A stretch of DNA of 32,000 nucleotides from Hymenobacter norwichensis DSM 15439 (lineage in GTDB: Bacteria > Bacteroidota > Bacteroidia > Cytophagales > Hymenobacteraceae): contig NZ_ATVL01000006.1 of the NCBI RefSeq assembly GCF_000420705.1, positions 712,267 to 744,266 on the forward strand, given 5' to 3'. Shown piece after piece: positions 1 to 6,873 of this stretch; positions within the stretch are counted from its first letter, which is position 1; each line of letters starts with the position of its first letter. The translations under genes and the position numbers were made by a program. The notes under the pieces were generated by a model. The model saw nothing but the letters and a program-made list of their open reading frames with translations, ran no database searches and was not told the DNA's origin.

Positions 1-1142
1 TCGCGGTCGGCCTGGGCTTGGGCGCGGGTGTCTTTGATTTTCTCTTCTTCAATTACTGTGGCTTTTTCCACTACCACCCGCTCCCGAATAATGGTCTGGA
101 TGTTCTTTTTCTCTTCTTCCAGCGCTTTTTCCTTCTCAATCTGGGCCAGGGCTACAATCCGCTCCCGCTCGTTGGCTTCCAGCGCTTTAGCTTGGGCTAC
201 CCGCTCGGTTTCCACGGCGTCGGTGCGCTGCTTGTTGCGCTCGGCCACCATCACTTGCCGGTCGCGGTTCTGCTGGGCAATGCCTACTTCTTCCTCGGTA
301 GCAATGCGGGCCTTTTCCGATTTCAGCTTTTCTTCCTGCTGCACCTTTTCGGTTTCGGCTAGTTCGCGGGCCCGAATGTTGGCAATTTCGCGCTTCTGCT
401 TTTCCTGGTTTTCAATGAGCTGCTTATCGAGCTGCAAGATGGTTTCCTGGGCCTCCACGTCCTGCTTCTTGATGGTTTTCTGCATTTCGCGGGCAATGGA
501 GTTGGCCTGAATCTTCTGCTCCGAGGTCAGGGCCACAATCTTCTTGATACCCTCGGCGTCCAGAATATTATCTTGGTTGAGTGAGGTGAGCGGGGTTTGC
601 TCCAGGTAGTCGATGGCGCAGTCGTCGAGCACGTAGCCGTTGAGGTCAGTGCCGATGATGCGCAGGATTTCCTGCTTGAACTGCTCTCGCGAGTTGTACA
701 GCTCGATGAAGTCGAATTGCTTGCCCACCGTTTTCAGGGCTTCCGAGAACTTGGCGTCGAACAGGTTTTCCAGCGCCAGCGGGTCGGAGGCGCGGCGGCA
801 GCCGATGCTCTGGGCCACCTGCACCACGTCGTCGTGGGTTTTGTTGACGCGCACAAAGAAGTTCACTTTCACGTCGGCCCGCAGGTTGTCTTTGCACACC
901 AGCCCTTCGGAGCCCGCCCGGGCAATGACCATGTTTTTGAGCGTAATGTCCATCACCTCCAACTTGTGCAGCACTGGAATCACGAAGATGCCGCTAAACG
1001 ATACTTTGGTGTCGCCGAGGCCAGTGCGTACCAGTGCTTCGCCCTGCACGGCCTTTTGGTACATTTTCACTACAATAGCCAGCAGGCCCAGCACGAGCAG
1101 CGCGACGATGACAATCACCGCCAGAGAAAGTTGTTCTAACAT
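1..1142 (-). CDS. Flotillin-like SPFH/Band-7 protein (YqiK-like); C-terminal end runs off the window start
   Basis: Absent from the supplied ORF track because no stop lies inside the window. My translation of the reverse complement from the ATG at 1142-1140 gives MLEQLSLAVIVIVALLVLGLLAIVVKMYQKAVQGEALVRTGLGDTKVSFSGIFVIPVLHKLEVMDITLKN...RADVKVNFFVRVNKTHDDVVQVAQSIG. That is an N-terminal TM helix plus an SPFH core, followed by a long E/K/Q/A-rich coiled coil that stays open to position 1. The plus-strand ORFs at 18-1203 are shadows of this gene. Confidence 0.8.
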   Translation of the reverse strand, partial: MLEQLSLAVIVIVALLVLGLLAIVVKMYQKAVQGEALVRTGLGDTKVSFSGIFVIPVLHKLEVMDITLKNMVIARAGSEGLVCKDNLRADVKVNFFVRVNKTHDDVVQVAQSIGCRRASDPLALENLFDAKFSEALKTVGKQFDFIELYNSREQFKQEILRIIGTDLNGYVLDDCAIDYLEQTPLTSLNQDNILDAEGIKKIVALTSEQKIQANSIAREMQKTIKKQDVEAQETILQLDKQLIENQEKQKREIANIRARELAETEKVQQEEKLKSEKARIATEEEVGIAQQNRDRQVMVAERNKQRTDAVETERVAQAKALEANERERIVALAQIEKEKALEEEKKNIQTIIRERVVVEKATVIEEEKIKDTRAQAQADR

Positions 1143-1233
1143 GGATGTAAGGAGTAAGAGTAGAGTCAAGGAGAGAGAAGAATTGAGTCTGATAAACCGG
1201 TAAGTTGCCTATGAAATGTGATAGTATGACAAC

Positions 1234-1653
1234 TCAGGGAAAGGAAATTTGAATATCCGGATTCAACTGCTGCAACGTGGCCAGAAAACCAGCTTTGTCG
1301 GCCGGTGAAATCAGCACCGAATCGTACTTGTTGTAACTGATTTCCAATCGGTCGAACGACAAAGCGGCGGAGCTGGCTGGGCTGTTGCTGGGAATTACGC
1401 GTTTGATGTTAGCCACCGGAATGGTCTGTTGCGGCCAGCCACACACGATGTAGAGCGTGTCGAGGGTGAGGCAGTAATATGTGTTGGTGAATAGCCGCAA
1501 CAGAAATAGTTCGACCGCGCCTAATATTGCCACTGCCAGCCAAGCAGACTGCCAAATGCCTACTATCAGCAGCCCCAGCAGCAGCCCGAAAACTGACCCG
1601 AACAGCCACCAGCTAATCTTGGATTTGTAGGTCTTATTCATAGCTGAATACAA
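1234..1653 (-). CDS. Bacterial PH-domain (bPH) membrane protein
   Basis: 139 aa. Two N-terminal TM helices (WWLFGSVFGLLLGLLIVGIW, AWLAVAILGAVELFLLRLF), then YYCLTLDTLYIVCGW...IPVANIKRVIP...SFDRLEISYNKYDSVLISPADKAGFLATL, which is typical of bacterial PH-like domains. The start may instead be the internal Met at 1641. Confidence 0.6.
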   Translation of the reverse strand: MYSAMNKTYKSKISWWLFGSVFGLLLGLLIVGIWQSAWLAVAILGAVELFLLRLFTNTYYCLTLDTLYIVCGWPQQTIPVANIKRVIPSNSPASSAALSFDRLEISYNKYDSVLISPADKAGFLATLQQLNPDIQISFP

Positions 1654-1670
1654 TTAGGCTGAGCTGCAAG

Positions 1671-2330
1671 CTAGGTGGTTTCGTAGGGCTCGATGAGGTA
1701 GCAGCGCCGGGCAGTATCGTAGTCGATTACCAATGCCGACTCGCCTTTGCGCAACTCCGTTGTGGCCGATGCCGCCCGCACATTGAGGACCAGCGGTGCC
1801 CCATTGAGCAACCGGACGCTGGCCTGACCCAACCGCTCGTGGGTGGTAGGCAGCAGCACTGTGCACACTTTGCCCAGTGGTTGCGCGCCGCTGTCGTGGT
1901 TGCGCTCCAAGGCGGCAAACAGGTGCACGAATGGCAGCGTCAGGACCTTGGCTAGCAGCAAACTCCCGATAAACAGTGGCACCAGCAGCAGCAAGCCCAG
2001 CAGCAGGGACGTATTGCCGAGGTAGTAGTTCAGTAGGATGCTGCCAACCCACAACGGTAGCGCCACAAAGCTCAGAAACACCATCAGCGGCACCCGGCCC
2101 AGGTTGAAAAAGGCCAGCGCGTTGTTCAGCCAACTGACGCCCATGCCCGAACTGTCGGGGGCTACGTGGGCATCGTGGGGGAGACCGAAGTCGTGGTGGG
2201 TGTGCAGGTCCAGCGTTTTGAAATCCAGCAGCCCGAGAATTACGGTCAGCCAATAGAGCAGCACAAACACCAAAAGGGTGGTAGGCAATAAGTTGGGCGG
2301 CGAAACGGCCGCGTGCAGCAGCTCAGTCAT
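1671..2330 (-). CDS. YqiJ/NfeD-like membrane protein with C-terminal OB-fold
   Basis: 219 aa with several TM helices. The C-terminal soluble segment GKVCTVLLPTTHERLGQASVRLLNGAPLVLNVRAASATTELRKGESALVIDYD resembles the NfeD/YqiJ OB-fold that partners with SPFH proteins (E. coli yqiJ-yqiK arrangement). His-rich loop DLHTHHDFGLPHDAH. Confidence 0.6.
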   Translation of the reverse strand: MTELLHAAVSPPNLLPTTLLVFVLLYWLTVILGLLDFKTLDLHTHHDFGLPHDAHVAPDSSGMGVSWLNNALAFFNLGRVPLMVFLSFVALPLWVGSILLNYYLGNTSLLLGLLLLVPLFIGSLLLAKVLTLPFVHLFAALERNHDSGAQPLGKVCTVLLPTTHERLGQASVRLLNGAPLVLNVRAASATTELRKGESALVIDYDTARRCYLIEPYETT

Positions 2331-2404
2331 AACAGGAAGGGAAAGCCGCTTTTACCGAGGAAATCGGCAGGAAGATAAAACGCAGTATAATAGGAATCAG
2401 AAAG

Positions 2405-2662
2405 TTATAAGTTGGGCTGTTCGCGCGTAGTGTGCTGCTTTTCTTGCTGCTCCAGTAGCTCCAGTAATTCGCTGTTGTGGCGCCGCAGCCGGCGGGAGTA
2501 GCTGCTATAGGAAAGCAAGCCGAGCAGCAAACCAAACGTTAGCAGGGTTTGGCCATCGGCCGCGCTAATGATATGGGGCAGGCGCAACCCCAGGCTACAT
2601 AATACTAGGAGTAAGGAGCCGATGCGCATCAGCTTTTCCGGCAGATTCATGGCGTTACTCAT
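2405..2662 (-). CDS. Small 2-TM membrane protein, unknown family
   Basis: 85 aa with two hydrophobic helices and a charged C-terminal tail. Starts 13 bp after the pspA stop, inside the operon. No family recognised. Confidence 0.45.
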   Translation of the reverse strand: MSNAMNLPEKLMRIGSLLLVLCSLGLRLPHIISAADGQTLLTFGLLLGLLSYSSYSRRLRRHNSELLELLEQQEKQHTTREQPNL

Positions 2663-2675
2663 TAGGCGTAAACAA

Positions 2676-3380
2676 TTATTCGAAGCCTAGCTTAGCTTTC
2701 AGCGCCTGCAAATCTGCCGAGGCCTGGCCGGAACCGTTAGCACCTAGCGCCTTATCAATTTCCTGGTCGATGGTCTTGTTTTCGTTGGCAATCTGCCCGT
2801 ACGATTCGGCCAAGGCTTCCTCGGTGGCCACCTTATCTTTCATGCGCTCCAGCAGCGCCACCGTCCCCGATGAATCCAGCTGGGCCAGCTGCTGATTGAT
2901 AGTTTTGGTGGCCGTGCTTACAGTTACGCGGGCCTTCAGCGTTTTCAGCTCGTTGTCCCACTGGCTGATGGTGCTTTTCAACTGCTGCACGTTCTGGTCG
3001 AGCTGCTGAGCCGAGGCTTCAAACTTTGCCTGGTCCTGGCCGGCGCGGTTGGCTTGGGCTTCGTGCTGGGTTTTCTTGAGCAGCGCCTCAGTGGCAAGGC
3101 GGTCGGCTTCTGGGGCCGGTATTTCCTGGCGGTGGGCTTTCTGGAGCAGCAGCACGGCTTTGTTTTCGTAGTCGAGGGCGCGGTTCCGTTCGGTTTCCGC
3201 TTCGTTGCGGGCCCGGATGGCCAGGGCCTTCACCTCAGCCAGCGCGTGCAGGGCCTTATCGAGGTCCTGGCGTAGGTCGCGCAGGCCTTGCTCGGTCATC
3301 TTGATAGGGTCTTCGAGCTGGTTAACGGCTGAATGGGCTTCGGCCTGCCCGATTTTGAAGATACGATTGAATAGATTCAT
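2676..3380 (-). CDS. pspA: PspA/IM30 family (phage shock protein A-like) membrane-stress protein
   Basis: MNLFNRIFKIGQAEAHSAVNQLEDPIKMTEQGLRDLRQDL... followed by continuous coiled coil, matching the PspA/IM30 N-terminus. I prefer the ATG at 3380 over the track start at 3446, because the 22-aa extension is not PspA-like. Confidence 0.8.
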   Translation of the reverse strand: MNLFNRIFKIGQAEAHSAVNQLEDPIKMTEQGLRDLRQDLDKALHALAEVKALAIRARNEAETERNRALDYENKAVLLLQKAHRQEIPAPEADRLATEALLKKTQHEAQANRAGQDQAKFEASAQQLDQNVQQLKSTISQWDNELKTLKARVTVSTATKTINQQLAQLDSSGTVALLERMKDKVATEEALAESYGQIANENKTIDQEIDKALGANGSGQASADLQALKAKLGFE

Positions 3381-3454
3381 GATTATTGGGGTCTTAGGAG
3401 CTTGGGGTTTCGGGAGCTTAAATCTTTCAGATGATCTTGATACCAACCTAAAGC

Positions 3455-3874
3455 CTAGGCTTCTAAGCCTCCAAGACCCGGTTTAGAAAAGGCAATCAGC
3501 TCGTCGCTGAATTCACTTAGTAATAGTGCCAGCGAATTGAATACGGCCTCCAATTCGGGCCGGTCCAAGTGTTCCAGCTGAAGCGTGTCGCGGAAAATCA
3601 CCTTGCGGCCTGATTCGTCCAGCACGAAAGCACCGTGAATGATGTCGCGGTTTTTCTGAAGCAGCCGCTGGTAGATGTCGCAGTTGGGAGCAGGCAAGTC
3701 GAGTAGGTATTGCTCCAGAATCAGGAGTGGCTCGCCACACCCCAGCACAAGATGCTCGATGCCCAGCTCCGGCTTGCTGACTACCAGTAAGTTGGTGTCC
3801 GCATCGGTGTGCTGGATATCGAAGCCCAGCTCCAGCAGAAAGCCCTGGATTTTGGTGAAGTAATGATTGGCCAT
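3455..3874 (-). CDS. YbjN-like (CesT/Tir chaperone-like fold) protein
   Basis: About 139 aa from the ATG at 3874. Sequence MANHYFTKIQGFLLELGFDIQHTDADTNLLVVSKPELGIEHLVL...ILEQYL..., acidic, with YbjN-like size and pattern. First gene of the psp operon. The track start at 3961 adds a non-homologous extension. Confidence 0.45.
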   Translation of the reverse strand: MANHYFTKIQGFLLELGFDIQHTDADTNLLVVSKPELGIEHLVLGCGEPLLILEQYLLDLPAPNCDIYQRLLQKNRDIIHGAFVLDESGRKVIFRDTLQLEHLDRPELEAVFNSLALLLSEFSDELIAFSKPGLGGLEA

Positions 3875-4053
3875 AGAATAAGGTAAGGAAGTGCCTGATG
3901 AAATAAGTGGCAAAGCAGGAAGCTTATATAAAAAAGTATCGTTGCGACGATGAGCACCCATTCATCGACAGCTCAAAAAACTAGCGTCTCTACTGGCATC
4001 TAACAGTAATGTGGTAGCTTTACGACACAAGAGTACTCAAAGTTTTAGATAAG

Positions 4054-4066
4054 CTCAAATTTTGAG
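4054..4066. promoter_or_regulatory. Perfect 13-bp palindrome CTCAAATTTTGAG; candidate operator upstream of the XRE gene
   Basis: Read directly at 4054-4066, 20 bp upstream of the ATG at 4086. A half-site copy CTCAAAGTTTT lies at 4036-4046. Confidence 0.3.
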
Positions 4067-4085
4067 CGAAAAAATATTTCACCTG

Positions 4086-4868
4086 ATGTCTTACGTTGGA
4101 AAGAACATTCGCAAGATTAGAACGGTAAAAAAGCTAAGCCAGGCTGCATTTGCCGAGCTTTTTGGATTGGCACGGCCCAGCGTTGGGGCCTATGAAGAAG
4201 GCCGTTCTGAGCCAAAAATGGAGACGCTCATTCATATTGCTCAATATTTTGGCTTGTCCGTTGACTTGCTACTAACAAAAGAGCTAACGGTAAATGAGCT
4301 GTACCATTTCGATATATTCAAGCAGGATGCCTCCGCTGAAAAATTAGCCGTACCTACTGTTGCCCAAGCCGACCAGCTAAGCCCCATAACCCCCTTTGTG
4401 CCCGCTGACCGGCTGCTGGAATACATTGTGCAGCATCACAAAGCCAGCTTTCTTGATACGCTACCGGCTCTCACGTTTCCGCACCAGTTAGGCCCGGCTA
4501 CGCGCGCCTTCGAGATAGTAGGGGCCGAAATGCAGCACCAGCAGCAAGGCCTGCGCCACCAAGACGTAGTGCTCTGCCGCCGCGTTGATCTGGCAACTCC
4601 CAATTTGCGGGTGCACCGCATCTACGCCTTTGTTACCCAGAACCGTTTGCTGGTCAGGCGCCTATCAGAGCGGCGGCCCGACAATACGCTCAAGCTGCGC
4701 GCCGATAACCCCGATTACGGCTCCGAGGAGTTTGCGCTGGACCAAGCCCTGGAAATATGGGAAGTAAAGGCCGTTTTCACTACTCACCTGCGCCCACCGT
4801 CCACCATGGAAGAGCGGGTAACGCGGCTAGAAAGGCAGGTAGAGGAGCTATTGGCTCGGCTGGGGTAG
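4086..4868 (+). CDS. XRE-family HTH regulator fused to an S24 (LexA/CI)-like C-terminal domain with a substituted catalytic dyad
   Basis: N-terminus MSYVGKNIRKIRTVKKLSQAAFAELFGLARPSVGAYEEGRSEPKMETLIHIAQYFGLSVDLLL is a classic HTH_3. The C-terminus aligns by eye to the LexA S24 domain: FEIVGAEMQ against RVSGMSMK, and LLVRRL against VTVKRL. The track offers a TTG start at 4062; the ATG at 4086 is preferred. Confidence 0.7.
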   Translation: MSYVGKNIRKIRTVKKLSQAAFAELFGLARPSVGAYEEGRSEPKMETLIHIAQYFGLSVDLLLTKELTVNELYHFDIFKQDASAEKLAVPTVAQADQLSPITPFVPADRLLEYIVQHHKASFLDTLPALTFPHQLGPATRAFEIVGAEMQHQQQGLRHQDVVLCRRVDLATPNLRVHRIYAFVTQNRLLVRRLSERRPDNTLKLRADNPDYGSEEFALDQALEIWEVKAVFTTHLRPPSTMEERVTRLERQVEELLARLG

Positions 4869-4935
4869 CCACTAACGCAGAATTAGAAGGATTAAAAATA
4901 CCTGCTTGCGTGCGGCCAGTTTATTGAGAGAGGCG

Positions 4936-5454
4936 TTACAGGTAGTACTCACGCAGGATAGCCACAACGAATATCATGCAGAATGTGCCCCACAGCAAGG
5001 CCTGCCCCAGCAGACCCCAGGCGCGGCGGCGTTGCGGCGACTGTTGCTCATACAAGCTGGCTGTATTCCAATTGGCAAAGGCCTTTCCTACGGTTGTATT
5101 AAGCCATAAGTAAGAAACCAGCCCCACCACCAGCACTCCGCCTACCATAACGCCTGCCGGGACGCTACGCCAAAGAAGCAGCGCTTGCAAGGCTACATAA
5201 GTCTGGATGATTTGCATGTGGATTAGCAAGCGAACAACCATCAGCGTTTTTTCTCCTCGCAGGTTGCTTAGCTGCACGGCTGCCGCGTAATTGGAAAGCA
5301 GATACGCTTTTTTAAAAGAAAGTTCTGTAGTAGCAGCGCGCTCAGACGGGCTGGTGGATAATCTGTATAAGGCGTAGCAAGCCAATAGCACCGGAGTGCT
5401 AAGTACTGCCCCAACGATAAGCTTGGAAAGGGCCAAAGAAACTAGCAGAGGCAT
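4936..5454 (-). CDS. 4-TM membrane protein, unknown family; candidate immunity protein
   Basis: 172 aa with about four hydrophobic helices (LIVGAVLSTPVLLACYALY, TLMVVRLLIHMQIIQTYVALQALLLW, GVMVGGVLVVGLVSYLWL, ALLWGTFCMIFVVAIL). Same strand as and downstream of 5691-6713. Confidence 0.4.
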   Translation of the reverse strand: MPLLVSLALSKLIVGAVLSTPVLLACYALYRLSTSPSERAATTELSFKKAYLLSNYAAAVQLSNLRGEKTLMVVRLLIHMQIIQTYVALQALLLWRSVPAGVMVGGVLVVGLVSYLWLNTTVGKAFANWNTASLYEQQSPQRRRAWGLLGQALLWGTFCMIFVVAILREYYL

Positions 5455-5690
5455 GGCTACTTAATAGAAGATGATACGTAGCAACTGGTTTCAGCTGCTA
5501 GCAGTAAGTATACCTAGCCGAAAAAGGCACTGGGTAAGCTAGTGAGTTGATAAAGCATCGGCAACTGCTACAATAGTTTGGCAAGTTCTGGTTAGAGCAG
5601 TCGGCATTGCGCTAGCGTAGCTTAGGCTATTGTTGAAAGCTTTAAGCACCCAGAAAGACATTTACTGAACGGCCTTCCTATGAATGACTA

Positions 5691-6713
5691 TCACTTTTTC
5701 TTTTTGTCTTCCCGACCAACAGCCTGATCGATCTTGCCATTTACATCGAAAGCATAGTCCAGAATACCATACACCATGATAACTGCCCCAGCAATGGGCA
5801 CCCAAGCGGGAGCTGTGACACCCGCTGCAACAGCCGAAGCCGTTACCCCTATACCTACCAGCGTAACTACTAGCATACCGCCATCAATGGCAGTGTGCGC
5901 ATTGTAGTTGTCTGTGCTTAGTTCATAGGCAATTTTGCTAGCGGACAGCGCCGCCCCAACCCCACCAATTTTACCGCCAAACCGACTACTAAATCGCGCC
6001 AACCGGGAGCTGGTGACACCGCGGGCCACTGTGGCGGCGCCGCTGGCTACTCGGGCTGGTGCTACCACCTTGCGGCCCACCACCCGGTTGAAACGTTGCG
6101 TACCGCGGTAAAACGAGTTGTTGATTTTGTTTTTGGAGGCGTGCGTTAGAGCGTGGCCTTCCAGAAGGGCACCCACACCGTTCCAATGCTTACCCGTCAC
6201 ATCTATTGGGTCGCCGATATAAGTTTTATGGTCGAAAGGGCCCGGTGCGTACTTAGGGTCGGCGGGCCGAACCACCGCCCGAGGCCACAGCGGCACTTGG
6301 TTTCTCGGCTGGGCTTTGTAGAGCATTGCTCCAGGCCGACGGTCTACACGGGTAGCATCAGCAGGGGCACCGTAGCACTTCATAATAGCATAACATTGGT
6401 CGGTGTCAGGCAGTACTACTTCCAGCCGCGTGATACGATACGAATTCCCATCCATTGTTTGGATACGTTGCCCAACTAGGTCTTTGGCTCCTAGTACTTT
6501 GGTGGGCACCACCCGCTTCTGGCCCATGGTAGCCAAGGCAGGGTTGCGGCCGGTAGCTAAGGTTTTGGCCCGTGCAGAAGCCACAGCACCAGTGGGTTGG
6601 CCGTTGCGGGCGGCGCCTTGCTGCGCCCGGACACTGGTGCCGCGGGCTTGGGGTGGCTGGCCGCTTAGGGTAGCGGCGTGCTTGGCACGAGAGCTGTTGG
6701 ATGGGGCTTGCAT
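5691..6713 (-). CDS. Unknown 340-aa protein with a disordered basic N-terminus and a C-terminal Gly/Ala-rich hydrophobic hairpin; candidate T6SS cargo effector
   Basis: Proper ATG at 6713. No signal peptide. Residues 1-60 are low-complexity A/R/G/T/Q. The C-terminus reads GGKIGGVGAALSASKIA...GGMLVVTLVGIGVTASAVAAGVTAPAWVPIAGAVIMVYGILDY followed by KKKK. Transcribed divergently from vgrG. Confidence 0.5.
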   Translation of the reverse strand: MQAPSNSSRAKHAATLSGQPPQARGTSVRAQQGAARNGQPTGAVASARAKTLATGRNPALATMGQKRVVPTKVLGAKDLVGQRIQTMDGNSYRITRLEVVLPDTDQCYAIMKCYGAPADATRVDRRPGAMLYKAQPRNQVPLWPRAVVRPADPKYAPGPFDHKTYIGDPIDVTGKHWNGVGALLEGHALTHASKNKINNSFYRGTQRFNRVVGRKVVAPARVASGAATVARGVTSSRLARFSSRFGGKIGGVGAALSASKIAYELSTDNYNAHTAIDGGMLVVTLVGIGVTASAVAAGVTAPAWVPIAGAVIMVYGILDYAFDVNGKIDQAVGREDKKKK

Positions 6714-6873
6714 AGCACGGTAGAAAGAAAATACTGGCTTTCAAGCAAGATACGCAACCTGTTGTAACCTGTTCAATTTAGCAGTAGTAGATAGGGAGCT
6801 ACGCATCTTGTCACGGCGAACATACCATAAAGTTTTCTACCTTGGTGTGCTACCATATTCCTCGTATTGCTCT
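6714..6873. promoter_or_regulatory. Divergent intergenic region between the unknown 340-aa gene and vgrG; contains tandem AACCTGTT repeats
   Basis: 160 bp between two divergent starts. AACCTGTT occurs at 6756-6763 and 6766-6773, a 10-bp spacing. No clear promoter consensus was identified. Confidence 0.3.

Noticed and set aside
18-1203. Four plus-strand ORFs in the track (18-362, 28-510, 597-1139, 640-1203)
   Set aside because: Their translations are low-complexity (F/L/S/R-rich) with no recognisable motifs. The opposite strand encodes a continuous, clearly flotillin-like protein across the whole interval, so these are antisense shadow ORFs.
1654-2253. 199-aa minus-strand ORF overlapping the YqiJ-like gene in another frame, plus small ORFs at 1409-1609, 1727-1918, 1843-2025 and 2038-2256
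   Set aside because: The products are Arg/Pro/Ala-rich, typical of off-frame translation of GC-rich coding DNA. The 1671-2330 frame gives a coherent TM plus OB-fold protein.
2676-3961. Longer N-terminal extensions offered by the track for pspA (to 3446) and the YbjN-like gene (to 3961). The same applies to vgrG (6808), the adaptor candidate (8660), tssB (23586) and clpV (23698).
   Set aside because: The extensions start at non-ATG codons or add residues unlike the family N-termini. Internal ATGs give canonical starts (MNLFNRIF for PspA, MARQV for VgrG, MAYTDELKRAL for ClpV, and so on). Shorter models were adopted, and the boundaries remain unverified.
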